Below, piece after piece: positions 15,442-24,991 of a stretch of 64,000 nucleotides of DNA. Position 1 is the stretch's first letter, and every line of letters starts with the position of its first letter. Under the pieces are notes generated by a model, which saw only the letters and a list, made by a program, of their open reading frames with translations, searched no databases and was not told the DNA's origin. This DNA comes from a virus. Taxonomy: Duplodnaviria; Caudoviricetes. The stretch is taken from positions 128,001 through 192,000 of the IMG/VR virus record IMGVR_UViG_3300034126_000020; one strand, given 5' to 3'. Both the position numbers and the translations under genes were made by a program.

Positions 15442-15819
15442 TTATTCTGCGGCGAAGCGCAGTTCAATGCGCCCCATTGTGGTGAAGTGTTGGGTCATGG
15501 CTGTCATGGTCAGTAGCTCACGCAGGTTATTAGCCTGGAACTTCTGATCGTTGATGCCCGTCTGATGCCGGTGCATCCAGTAACCTTCCAACTCGGTGAG
15601 TTTCTTACGAGTGGTCGGATATGCTGACATTGCATCGTCCCAGCTTTCCTGCTTGATGAGGGCCATCGCGGCTGGGATGCCGTTGTACAGCGCTTGCTCG
15701 TACCGTTCGACATTTGCCCATTCGTGAGAATTGATAGCCCTGTAGACCTCGTACAGCTCCTCTAGAGCACAGACGAACAGATGCCAGTGAACCAACCGTG
15801 CACCAATTGAATTGCTCAT
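15442..15819 (-). CDS. Hypothetical protein
   Basis: 125-aa ORF in an operon. Confidence 0.6.
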   Translation of the reverse strand: MSNSIGARLVHWHLFVCALEELYEVYRAINSHEWANVERYEQALYNGIPAAMALIKQESWDDAMSAYPTTRKKLTELEGYWMHRHQTGINDQKFQANNLRELLTMTAMTQHFTTMGRIELRFAAE

Positions 15820-15824
15820 CTTGC

Positions 15825-16832
15825 TTAGACCTCTTTCATTTCTAATTCGTGACGGTCAATGAGACCTTGTAGGAGGTTGTCCATGTCGGCCAACAAGTCT
15901 GCCACCAACAACGGGTTCTTCCACCAGTAGTTAACTGAACGGTCGTGGTTACGATCGTCCTCGTTGCGCAAGTGCATGACCGACACCTTGAGGATGTTCG
16001 TCGGGTTGCAGTTCCAGTCACGCTTGGTAGAGAACTGGAGACGGTAGCCATTCCAATCATCCACGTAGACGTACGACCGGTTGGACTTGCCGTAACCGCC
16101 CATGTCAAGCAGGATTGCCAGTTGCTTGACGTTGTGCTCGTCGGGCACTTCGATCGGGTTCTCGCGGGTACCGTAGTAGTGCTGACTGATCAGGAGAGCG
16201 GAATCCTCTACAGTCACTGGTTCGATTTCCCAGATCTCCAACATGCGAGGCAAGAGTTGATCGTACAAGGTGCGTTGGAGATAGGACATCTCGACGTCCA
16301 CGTCATACGGCACATGGAACAGTGGGCACTCTAACCGCGCAGCGCTGCGGGAGAAGTTGGGAACCACCAGCTCCATGTCGTTGTTGGCCCAGTAGTAGAT
16401 GGCGTCCTTCCGACGGAAGTTGAGGATGACTTGGTTATCGTAGTCCTCAGGCCCGTCCAGGAAGAAGTGCCACTCTTCGTCGCCCTCAGGGTTTGCCCAC
16501 CCCGCAAGGAAGTAATCAAGGACATCTTCCCACGGCATCTGCGGAACTGTGTAGCCACGTTCTGGACAGAGGTTCTTCAAGATGGTGCGATCAGGGACTT
16601 CGATCTTCTTGCCCGTCTGGATCTCATACATCTTGGCTATCGGCGATTCGCCAAAGAACAGCTCGGAACGCATCGACCCCATCATCTGGTTGAACAGATT
16701 GTTAAGGTCCATGCCCAGGACTTGGAGCACAGGGACCAGTTGCGGGTAAGCGTGCCCTATGTGGTTGTTCATGAGATTCTGGGAAAGCGTACCGGCCATG
16801 TGCATGACCATGTTTTCGTTATCAGGTAGCAT
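15825..16832 (-). CDS. Hypothetical protein
   Basis: 335-aa ORF with coherent codon usage. Confidence 0.7.
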   Translation of the reverse strand: MLPDNENMVMHMAGTLSQNLMNNHIGHAYPQLVPVLQVLGMDLNNLFNQMMGSMRSELFFGESPIAKMYEIQTGKKIEVPDRTILKNLCPERGYTVPQMPWEDVLDYFLAGWANPEGDEEWHFFLDGPEDYDNQVILNFRRKDAIYYWANNDMELVVPNFSRSAARLECPLFHVPYDVDVEMSYLQRTLYDQLLPRMLEIWEIEPVTVEDSALLISQHYYGTRENPIEVPDEHNVKQLAILLDMGGYGKSNRSYVYVDDWNGYRLQFSTKRDWNCNPTNILKVSVMHLRNEDDRNHDRSVNYWWKNPLLVADLLADMDNLLQGLIDRHELEMKEV

Positions 16833-16837
16833 CTACA

Positions 16838-17323
16838 TCACCCCAAGTTGAATTTCTTTGGTTCATCGACGGTAATGCCCAGTCGAGCCATTACCGAGTT
16901 GGCGAAGAAGTCTTTTCGAATGTCCTCTACATTGTGATCCCAGACGCGTTTTGCGTACGCCTCGAACACGTCTGGGTTGCGCTTGGGCATTTCCTTTATT
17001 AGGAGACGTCTGGCCTTGGCTTGTTCATTGAGCAGTTGCTGGAATTGTTCTTGCCAATCGATTTCATCCATGGCCTCTTTACAGACGCAGGCGTAACCGT
17101 GTGGGTCAGCACCAACGCAGGACTGGATTGGGAACGCCCGGTTACCGCAGAAGACGCAGAATCGAGTGTGTGCATGGATACCCATCGTCGAAGTGGGTTT
17201 CGCCTCACTGATCGCGTCCCAGCTCGTCCTGTAGCCTGTGTTGCCATCGCCATGACTGGTGCCCACGAATCCCTTGCTGAAATGCTTGTGGGATCGGGGA
17301 TCGGCGTACTCTGGAATTGCCAT
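16838..17323 (-). CDS. Hypothetical protein with a CxxC...CxC putative Zn site
   Basis: FCVFCGN...YACVCKE; AGGAG RBS. Confidence 0.7.
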   Translation of the reverse strand: MAIPEYADPRSHKHFSKGFVGTSHGDGNTGYRTSWDAISEAKPTSTMGIHAHTRFCVFCGNRAFPIQSCVGADPHGYACVCKEAMDEIDWQEQFQQLLNEQAKARRLLIKEMPKRNPDVFEAYAKRVWDHNVEDIRKDFFANSVMARLGITVDEPKKFNLG

Positions 17324-17346
17324 TACTTGCTCCTAATCGAATAAAT

Positions 17347-17366
17347 GGAGGACCCGAAGGTCCTCC
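17347..17366 (-). terminator. Intrinsic terminator
   Basis: ggaggacc-cgaa-ggtcctcc. Confidence 0.75.
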
Positions 17367-17373
17367 ACCTCAA

Positions 17374-18291
17374 TCACTTCTTGTCAGACTGCGATTCAGC
17401 GTACGCATCTGCGATCATCGCTATGGTGCCTGGTGCGTCAGGGTCCTTTGGATCAAGGGTGATCTTCACAGTCTTGCCCAAAGCCGCAGACAAGTCATCG
17501 GCCCACTCTTCAATGCAACCCTTCATCATGGATTCATTGGTGGCGATGCGCACGTCTGCATTCCAGCCCACAGCAGCCATGTGCTTGACCATATCGTGCT
17601 CCAGCCGCGGGGGAACATCGTTCTCACGAGGGTTCAGCCAGAAGCCCACGTCGATGTCCTTAGGACTGCTGTGCATGACCAATGCGTAGTGGTTCAATGT
17701 GCCGATCTGGATGACCAGCTTTGGCTCGCGGCTGAAGACAGGGTATTGAGACCGCTTGATGCGACGAACGACCACGCCTGTTGGCGTCCGCATGCTGAAC
17801 CGCCCAGTCACGAAGTTGTACTCGAACCAGAACACTGGGCAAACGAAGTTCAGGGTCTGGTTCAGGCGATCCAGATCTGCTTTCCCGAGAGGATTGCCTA
17901 GCTCCTTAAAGATCACGGGCGCAATGACTCGGTACAGGTTGCGAATGGTGTCGTCGTATTCGGACCACTCGTACAGGCGGGCAGGTGCCACCAAGAAGTA
18001 CGTGTAGCTGTTTGGGTTCCCCAGCGTGAGGCGAAGGTTAGGGACTTGGTCGATGTTCTTGACCGACCCGCGTTTGTGTCGCACCTCGGTGACCGTCAGC
18101 ACATGACTGAAGTCCAGGTGCTCGGTCTCACACACCTTTTGGATGAGGATGGCGAGGTTCTCGGATGACAGGCGCATGCCGTCGTAGATCCGGAGTGAAT
18201 CGCACAGCGGTGCGCCTAGGACTTCACGCAGGAACCCACCTTTGAATTGGCGGTTCAGCATTGAATCTAGGTTGCTTCGTGTATCGGACAT
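17374..18291 (-). CDS. Hypothetical protein
   Basis: ORF 17374..18321; start trimmed to MSDTRS (GGAG RBS). Confidence 0.7.
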   Translation of the reverse strand: MSDTRSNLDSMLNRQFKGGFLREVLGAPLCDSLRIYDGMRLSSENLAILIQKVCETEHLDFSHVLTVTEVRHKRGSVKNIDQVPNLRLTLGNPNSYTYFLVAPARLYEWSEYDDTIRNLYRVIAPVIFKELGNPLGKADLDRLNQTLNFVCPVFWFEYNFVTGRFSMRTPTGVVVRRIKRSQYPVFSREPKLVIQIGTLNHYALVMHSSPKDIDVGFWLNPRENDVPPRLEHDMVKHMAAVGWNADVRIATNESMMKGCIEEWADDLSAALGKTVKITLDPKDPDAPGTIAMIADAYAESQSDKK

Positions 18292-18450
18292 GGCTGTATC
18301 TCCAAAACCGACTGGCCTCATTTGAGGGCTTATTCTGTCGGTGAATTGATACAGGAACGGAATGCTCCTGCAATCTGCCCAAGCCGGGCAAATACGGTGT
18401 GTTGCTTGTACGATTGGTTGAGTTTGTTTTCTTTGACATTCGGAATAAAA

Positions 18451-18468
18451 GGAGGGCCGAAGCCCTCC
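18451..18468 (-). terminator. Intrinsic terminator after the helicase gene
   Basis: ggagggc-cgaa-gccctcc, identical to 6082-6099. Confidence 0.8.
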
Positions 18469-18470
18469 CG

Positions 18471-20027
18471 TTATCCGTTCGTGGTGAGGACGTACCGCGA
18501 CATGACTTCCATATGCGAGACTACCTTGCCTTTGAAGAACTCCTGCTTGTTCCTGTGGTACTTACAGTGCTGCTCGATTTCCAAGCAACCAAAGTAAATG
18601 AACTCAGGGGTGACGTCAGGCCAGCCGATCAGGGGACGGGTACGGCCCAGTACCTGTTCGTTGGATTGACGCGAGTCAATTGCAGTCGACATGAACGAGC
18701 AACGCAGGTTCTTGATGTCGATGGCGGTACCGCCCGAGCCGATGGTGGTGACACCGATGTCAGCTTCCAGCAATTCCTCGTAGGAGTCCCCCTCAGAGCC
18801 GACGTAACGAACGACGTTCAACTCTGGGTACATCTTCTTCAGACGCTCCACAAACAGCGTACAGAGGTCCACACGGGCAAAGAACACCAGTGCCTTCTGT
18901 CCTTCCTCACGTACCGATACAAAGCGGTTGTAGATCGCATGGTCGATGATCTTGAGGTAGGACTTCAGAAGCCCCTTATGCCGCATGACGGATTCTTCGA
19001 ACGTGGTGTGCGAGTAACCCTGAGCCCCCATGAACTTGATCCGAACTTCCGGGTCCATGTGGTACAGGATCGCAGTCACACCAATGTAGACGTTGTAACC
19101 CCCGCCATCGTGGCGCTGTTGCGTTGGGTAAGCAATGTCATACATGCGGTTCTTAAACGCGTCAGAGCTGACCATGGTGGCGGACAGGCCCAACGACTTG
19201 TACGTGTGAGTGTACAGGTCAATGCGGTAGTTGTTGTGGAACTCTTGGTGCAGCTCATCCGTCACCCGGAAGCCAATACCGGTCTTCGGGTAGAAGTCGA
19301 TAGGCTTGATCGGGTACAACTTGCTGTTACCGTTGGACTCCTCGTAGTTCTTGATGTACTCACGCATGGTACCGGCCGTGATGATCACGACCTTCAGTTT
19401 GTCCAGATCCCCATCCAGCGCCATTTGCTGTAGGGCGATCATGTCCTTACCACCGCGGACAATCAGGAACTCACCACGCTTGAACTTGAAGGTCTCCTCC
19501 AAGTCATCCTTCCACCGGGAGACGTAACCGCCTTTAAAGTGGATGGCTGTGCGCAATTGAAGCTGGTTCATGCAGTACTGGGCGACGTAGGTCTTACCCC
19601 CGCCGGTCTGCAACGTAACCATCTTGATGATCGCGTCCCACTTAGGATTCTGATCGTCAAGCACGTACTCAATGATTCCGACCTGCCGCTCACGGGGTGG
19701 GAACATCTTACGGACGTCGAACTCTACCTTTGGAAGTATATCCTTGGCAACGACGTGGTGAGTGATGGGGACCAGATGCTGAGCGTAGCCCAGGTTCCCG
19801 AATAGATGGCGCTTCAGGGCGTCGAGTTGGTTCCTGTGAAAGCTGAACTCTTTCCGATTCCGTGTAGCCGCAGCAAATGTACGAAGGCCTTTTGGAACGA
19901 ATCGCCTGCCCTGTTTCTCATATCCCATCTCGATCAAGGGCCTGCAAAACGCCAACATCGCCTGGAGGTCACGATCGTTGGTTACATCGGTAACCCGTAA
20001 TCCGTGACTGTAGACATCGATTTTCAT
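18471..20027 (-). CDS. SF2 (DExH) helicase (phiKZ gp75-like)
   Basis: LQTGGGKT, DELH, GLSAT and QVLGRTR motifs. Confidence 0.92.
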   Translation of the reverse strand: MKIDVYSHGLRVTDVTNDRDLQAMLAFCRPLIEMGYEKQGRRFVPKGLRTFAAATRNRKEFSFHRNQLDALKRHLFGNLGYAQHLVPITHHVVAKDILPKVEFDVRKMFPPRERQVGIIEYVLDDQNPKWDAIIKMVTLQTGGGKTYVAQYCMNQLQLRTAIHFKGGYVSRWKDDLEETFKFKRGEFLIVRGGKDMIALQQMALDGDLDKLKVVIITAGTMREYIKNYEESNGNSKLYPIKPIDFYPKTGIGFRVTDELHQEFHNNYRIDLYTHTYKSLGLSATMVSSDAFKNRMYDIAYPTQQRHDGGGYNVYIGVTAILYHMDPEVRIKFMGAQGYSHTTFEESVMRHKGLLKSYLKIIDHAIYNRFVSVREEGQKALVFFARVDLCTLFVERLKKMYPELNVVRYVGSEGDSYEELLEADIGVTTIGSGGTAIDIKNLRCSFMSTAIDSRQSNEQVLGRTRPLIGWPDVTPEFIYFGCLEIEQHCKYHRNKQEFFKGKVVSHMEVMSRYVLTTNG

Positions 20028-20090
20028 GGGACATCCCTAACTGGCGGCATACGACTGTTACATAACAAACCTCTTTTAGATGATAAAAAA

Positions 20091-20140
20091 CTGTCCACCA
20101 ATGTCCACGGGCGTCCATAGACGTCCACGGAGATCCGTCA
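20091..20140. repeat. Five 10-bp-phased direct repeats with a GTCCA core
   Basis: ctgtccacca atgtccacgg gcgtccatag acgtccacgg agatccgtca. Confidence 0.75.
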
Positions 20141-20153
20141 AACAAAATAAGAA

Positions 20154-20173
20154 GAGGAGCCCGAAGGCTCCTC
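20154..20173 (-). terminator. Intrinsic terminator after the nvRNAP operon
   Basis: gaggagcc-cgaa-ggctcctc with an A-rich flank. Confidence 0.75.
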
Positions 20174-20179
20174 TAATGG

Positions 20180-22282
20180 TCAGATCACTTCTGGGAACAC
20201 GAACGGATCGAGGAGTCCAGCAGGCCGCTTGGTAATCAAGTAGCTGTCTGGGTCTTCGATCATGTCCGGTTGACGCTCGTACGCCAGTTGCTGACCGCCG
20301 GAGCGGTACTGCATCAGTGTCCGGTGTTCCTCGAACTTCGCTGGCCGGCCAAACTCTGGCAGGCAATAGTCATCCGGGTCATCGGCTGGGCGCATGAGCG
20401 ACAGCAGGATCACTTCAAGGTGGCTGACGGAAACTTTCAACTGAGAGTTCACCAAGTCACTGAAGTCCAACAATGCTGCCACGGGATCGGTGTAGCTGGT
20501 CAACATCTTGCCAGAGAAGCCGTTCCGTTCCGACTTCTTCGCCGGGGATCGGATGAAGGCCTCTACTGCTGCCATGAAGTCCAGCGTACTGGCATGGCGA
20601 CGTGGCAAGGAGAATGCAGGTGCACCGAAGTCCCAATCGCTCAGGTCGATGCAGAAGTCCCCGTTCTCGTTGATCGTGTATCCCTTGTCCTGGATGTAGT
20701 ACAGCATGAGGCGAGACAGCGACCCCAAGCGTGCACCCTGACAGACCGGCACCCAAGCGTCATAGACTTCATCACGCAGGTTGGTGGTACGGATCTGCAC
20801 TTCCCGGAAGGCAGTGAAGCGGTGGATGTTCAGACGTTCGATGACGGTATCTTTGTTGATACCTGCCAGTTCGGTCCCGTTGTCGGTGTTCTTGTCCGCA
20901 GAAGCCTGAAGGATCAGAACCGGCTTCATCTTCTTCAGGCGTGGGTTGAACTTCAGCAACGACGATTCACGGGCAGTCTCAGGAATTGCTTCACCGAGTG
21001 CTTCTTCCGTGACGTTCGACATCACTTCCACATCTGCGTTGTCGTTCATGGCCGGGTCGCTGGCGCAGACGTCGATGTACGGCAAGTGTTCCTCCGCAAT
21101 CACGATCTCCTCCACCACCGACGAGCCGTCCAAGTGTTTCACGGACAGCGTTCGCTGGGAACCTTCCCGGCACAGTTCGGTAGCACACACGTGGCCCAGG
21201 CTGGTTTCCCGAGGGATGGACCAAGCCAGTTCACCGAAGCAGACATGGCAGACTTCGCCTTTGCCGCGGTAACGACAGTAGAACCCAGAACGCATCTTGA
21301 TGGTCTGACCCTTCAGCGCCTTCATCTGTGCCGTGTTATCGGCATGGATTGGGGTGAGCTTGTTGGTCTTCTCGTTCAAGAAGAACTTGCCATCCAGGTG
21401 GGACCAGAGGCTGGAGTCCACCACGATCTCGGAGTACTGATCCGAGCCACAGTCGTTCCAGATGAGCTTATCCACAACTGTAGTGGAGAGCTGCATTTTC
21501 CGGTTAAAGTATTCCACGATCCGCAGGGGCTTCTTGGTAAACAGCAAAGCCTTCTTCGCGGAGCACGACTCGATCATGATGTCGTGCATCTTGGTCAGGC
21601 CTTCGAAGAAGCCTACCGTGATCGGTTTACGGAAGATCACCTGGTCGAGGTCAGTCCGGTAGCCCAGGCAGAGGATGATCTGCATGAACTGGCCCATCTT
21701 GATCTGCTTGGAGCGCAGGCCCCGCACGATTGGGTTGTGCAGGATCGCTGGGTCTTTCATCAAGACTTCAGCGGTTCTGTCCATCGCATTACTGATGGAG
21801 AGCTGGTTCTCTTGCAGCGTGCCACGAATCTCCACCAGAGGCGGATAGTCGTACAGCTCCAGCAAGTGGAAGCCGTTGATGTGCACGTGCCACTCTTCGA
21901 GGTTGATCGACAACACGTTGTAGATTTCGTTGCCGACATCCTTGACCACACGCCACACGTCCTCCCGGTCGTAGCACAGGTCATGGTTGGCCATTTCCTG
22001 ACCAGGGGTGAAGTAGGTGTAGTGCAAGGACCGCACGATGTTGGACAGCGTCTTGGGCACCATGTCGGCGCTTGGGAACGCATTACCAATGTGGTGGTTC
22101 ATGTTCAGCGGGGTGCGTGGGAACTGACGGTGCAGCTCCCAGCAGAACCAGCTCAACGCAGAACGGCGAGTGGTAGTCTCAAGGACACCATCGTCGAACT
22201 CGATCTCCAGCCGCTCATCGTCCAGTGGCCATTCCGCAACGATGTCGCGGTTCATGAACTCACGTGCTTTGATTCGACGCAT
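20180..22282 (-). CDS. Non-virion RNAP beta-prime C-terminal subunit (phiKZ gp74-like)
   Basis: DCGS...C...CHVCFG zinc site, QRTLSVKH trigger-loop-like motif; synteny. Confidence 0.9.
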   Translation of the reverse strand: MRRIKAREFMNRDIVAEWPLDDERLEIEFDDGVLETTTRRSALSWFCWELHRQFPRTPLNMNHHIGNAFPSADMVPKTLSNIVRSLHYTYFTPGQEMANHDLCYDREDVWRVVKDVGNEIYNVLSINLEEWHVHINGFHLLELYDYPPLVEIRGTLQENQLSISNAMDRTAEVLMKDPAILHNPIVRGLRSKQIKMGQFMQIILCLGYRTDLDQVIFRKPITVGFFEGLTKMHDIMIESCSAKKALLFTKKPLRIVEYFNRKMQLSTTVVDKLIWNDCGSDQYSEIVVDSSLWSHLDGKFFLNEKTNKLTPIHADNTAQMKALKGQTIKMRSGFYCRYRGKGEVCHVCFGELAWSIPRETSLGHVCATELCREGSQRTLSVKHLDGSSVVEEIVIAEEHLPYIDVCASDPAMNDNADVEVMSNVTEEALGEAIPETARESSLLKFNPRLKKMKPVLILQASADKNTDNGTELAGINKDTVIERLNIHRFTAFREVQIRTTNLRDEVYDAWVPVCQGARLGSLSRLMLYYIQDKGYTINENGDFCIDLSDWDFGAPAFSLPRRHASTLDFMAAVEAFIRSPAKKSERNGFSGKMLTSYTDPVAALLDFSDLVNSQLKVSVSHLEVILLSLMRPADDPDDYCLPEFGRPAKFEEHRTLMQYRSGGQQLAYERQPDMIEDPDSYLITKRPAGLLDPFVFPEVI

Positions 22283-22285
22283 TGT

Positions 22286-24520
22286 TTACTCCGTGTATTC
22301 GTTGGTGAGTTGCTTGCCGGAGCATTCGAACATGTTGCGCATGTAGGCCAACGGTCGATGTCCCCCAACAGGCACCACGGCACGGTCGAGTACTTCTTCG
22401 ACGTTTGTAGGTGTAGGGTGGGTCAACAACCGTCGCAGCACGAACTTGTGCGCAATTGGGTTGTTGGACGCATCCTTCTGATCCGCGATCGCTTCACCAC
22501 CGCACACGGCAGCTTCGGACCGGAACTCAGACTCACCAACACGGATGGATGACTGACGACCTGGAGAGTCGTACTTGTCGTTGTTACTCAGACGAGCAGT
22601 CGTACCAAAGACGTTGCACTTCGCAGACGATGCAGCCATCCACGAGTCTTCAGCAGTCTTCTCAAGGTTGATGTAGTAGGACGGGGCAATCAACATCGGT
22701 TCACGAGAAACCTTCATGTTGCCATCGCGACCACGGAAACGCACCGGCGTAATAAACGGCGGCCAGCGTTCTTTGATGGTGCGAATCACGTCCGGCATGT
22801 GAATCGGGTTGTTGGTCGGCATCTCCAGATCGAGCCCGTACATGTGGTCGTACATCACGGACGCCACTTGCGTGTACATGTACTCCGGGTTGAACCGGCG
22901 GTACTCGGGGTCGGTCAGGTCTTGCCAGTGGAACGGTACCACAACCTTGTAGAACTCCAGCAGCTCATTAAAGGCTGCCTCTACCAAGTCACGGTTCTCC
23001 GGCGCGAAGACCGCGTCGTCAGCTTCTTCTTCAGTGATCTGCGTATTCAGCGGAAAGCCGAAGGAAGCTTGGATGCGTTTGCCCAAGTCGCGGGCTGCAC
23101 CCGAGATGATCATTTCGATCGGGGACGCTGGAGTTACCCGGTTCCACCGGGAGTTCGGGTCGACCACGATGTCAGCGACGATACCGTTCTCATCGACTGG
23201 CATGTCTTCGTCATCAACCACCTCAACGACTACCGACTTGTTCCCGTTGATGTCGGTGATCTTATAGCCCTTGTTGGGAACCGACAGGTACTTGAACGTA
23301 ATCTCTACGCGCCAAGCATCCAGTTTGAGCCCACGGTAGACTTTGTCGACCTTGCCGTTGTCATCGTACTTCTTGTTGAACCCACCGTCAGGACGGATGT
23401 AGTCCGGCGTCACGCGGCCAATGGCCTCGTACACCAGATGGCTCAGTGCCGGTTCCATGGGCAGTTCAGTGAACCCACGGCGGCGTGCATCTTTGCGCTT
23501 CTCGACCCAGAAGTCCACAATCTTCTTGTAGAACTCAGTGTCAGCGTTGTAGTACTTGAGCAGTTGCTCATCCATACCCACAGGCAGCGGCGGAATCGGG
23601 ATCGAGGTGTTACGCTCAACCTTGATGTCCACTACCTCAGCATCAATGTGCTGTACGAAGCGCTTGCGGTCGAAGATGTAGTCCGGCTGCATCAACGCAT
23701 CGACAGTCATGTTTGCCACAGCGCTGATTGGATCGTAGCGGCGCAGAGCCACCAACAGTCCGGTACTGCTCACCTTCTCGCCCAAGTCCGGCATGATCTT
23801 GTAGATCCCCGGGATGGTCGATTGGTTCGTTGGGAAGAACTCTCGACCGAATTCAAACACTCGGGTCTCAAATCCTGTGGGAGCCAACGACTCCAGATAA
23901 CCACGGCGTGCCTTAACGCCGTCTTCAGTCCCTGCCACGTCGGACGCCATGAGCACGTTTGTCTCACGGCCGTACATGTAGTTCTTGTGTTCGTCAATCA
24001 ACGGGCTGTGTGCCAGTCGAGTGCCTTTCTTGAACCTGACCCCTTTGCGCATCTTGTCGAGCGCATCGCGGTTACGCTTGAACTCCGTGCCGAAATGCTG
24101 GTGAGTGACGTGATAGTCCGTCAGCATGGTAAGCCCAAGTTCCTTCGTGCGAAGGTTCTCGTAGATCACCGCTGTCTGAGGAGAATGACGGATACGGTTT
24201 GCGCCTGCCGTATGGCCAAAGCGTGGGATGATCTCGAGCACCTCGACATCGTCATCGAACTCGATTGAGAACGTGGCTTCGCCAAAGGGCCGCTCCATCC
24301 CAGAACGGATGCGTTTGCGCATGGGGCTTTTGATAACCACCATCTGCGCCAAGTTACCAGTAAACATCGCCGCCCGGCTGGCGGAGATGTGCCGGATAAA
24401 CGGGTTGAGTCCGTACAGCGACATCAACTCAGGGTGCAACTCAACTGGGTTGTGCCATTCTTGCTGCGCATAGAGCCGAGCCAACTGCTCTTGCACGGAC
24501 GGGGTACTGTCGTTGAACAT
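22286..24520 (-). CDS. Non-virion RNAP beta C-terminal subunit (phiKZ gp71-73-like), uninterrupted
   Basis: GYKITDINGNKSVV, DMPVDENG..ADIVVDP and YYINLEK beta motifs. Confidence 0.9.
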   Translation of the reverse strand: MFNDSTPSVQEQLARLYAQQEWHNPVELHPELMSLYGLNPFIRHISASRAAMFTGNLAQMVVIKSPMRKRIRSGMERPFGEATFSIEFDDDVEVLEIIPRFGHTAGANRIRHSPQTAVIYENLRTKELGLTMLTDYHVTHQHFGTEFKRNRDALDKMRKGVRFKKGTRLAHSPLIDEHKNYMYGRETNVLMASDVAGTEDGVKARRGYLESLAPTGFETRVFEFGREFFPTNQSTIPGIYKIMPDLGEKVSSTGLLVALRRYDPISAVANMTVDALMQPDYIFDRKRFVQHIDAEVVDIKVERNTSIPIPPLPVGMDEQLLKYYNADTEFYKKIVDFWVEKRKDARRRGFTELPMEPALSHLVYEAIGRVTPDYIRPDGGFNKKYDDNGKVDKVYRGLKLDAWRVEITFKYLSVPNKGYKITDINGNKSVVVEVVDDEDMPVDENGIVADIVVDPNSRWNRVTPASPIEMIISGAARDLGKRIQASFGFPLNTQITEEEADDAVFAPENRDLVEAAFNELLEFYKVVVPFHWQDLTDPEYRRFNPEYMYTQVASVMYDHMYGLDLEMPTNNPIHMPDVIRTIKERWPPFITPVRFRGRDGNMKVSREPMLIAPSYYINLEKTAEDSWMAASSAKCNVFGTTARLSNNDKYDSPGRQSSIRVGESEFRSEAAVCGGEAIADQKDASNNPIAHKFVLRRLLTHPTPTNVEEVLDRAVVPVGGHRPLAYMRNMFECSGKQLTNEYTE

Positions 24521-24565
24521 CGGTTACTCCCATTACACTACAGGTTAGCGCTCGCTTACCAATTA

Positions 24566-24576
24566 GATAATGTATC
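24566..24576 (-). promoter_or_regulatory. Early promoter motif GATACATTATC
   Basis: Exact copy 46 nt upstream of the nvRNAP beta subunit. Confidence 0.7.
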
Positions 24577-24607
24577 TCTGAAGAAAATTCAAACGAGGAA
24601 CACGGGC

Positions 24608-24946
24608 ATGAGTCAGTTGCTTAACAACCTAATGGTGGCCGATGGAGCTACCACCTTTCACTCACCAGAATTCCTAAGCTTCGTACACACCCATGAAGCA
24701 TACCTCAAGGCGAACTGTGTAAGAGTCCCACTAGATCCGGGAATCGTTCACAAGTTCGAGTACAACTTCATGTCGCTCATCGTAGAACTGAAGTACCCAG
24801 TCGAGAATTTGCTGATCTTCATGGTTGTTAACGACCTCGATTGCCCTACACAGATGACCAGAGACTTCAAGGAAATGAGGCTGCCCGACTTGGGAGTGGT
24901 GGACAACCTCAAGAACCTTTACCTACAGACACCAGGCCGTATCTAA
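24608..24946 (+). CDS. Small conserved protein oriented opposite to the core operon
   Basis: GAGG RBS + ATG at 24608; 112 aa. Confidence 0.7.
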   Translation: MSQLLNNLMVADGATTFHSPEFLSFVHTHEAYLKANCVRVPLDPGIVHKFEYNFMSLIVELKYPVENLLIFMVVNDLDCPTQMTRDFKEMRLPDLGVVDNLKNLYLQTPGRI

Positions 24947-24954
24947 CAAAGAAA

Positions 24955-24980
24955 GAGGGAGGGGCAATCGCCCTTCCCTC
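24955..24980. terminator. Terminator between convergent genes
   Basis: gagggaggggc-aatc-gcccttccctc with an A-tract. Confidence 0.75.
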
Positions 24981-24991
24981 TATGCCGTCAG

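Noticed and set aside
20091-20140. Mini CRISPR array
   Set aside because: Units are 10 bp with no spacers, and no cas genes are present anywhere in the window.
20270-22552. 760-aa plus-strand ORF, with similar long antisense ORFs at 6641, 22799, 25016, 36789, 59287 and 61399
   Set aside because: Each is an exact antisense shadow of a motif-bearing gene. Strong codon bias removes stops on the opposite strand, and the translations lack recognisable motifs or RBSs.
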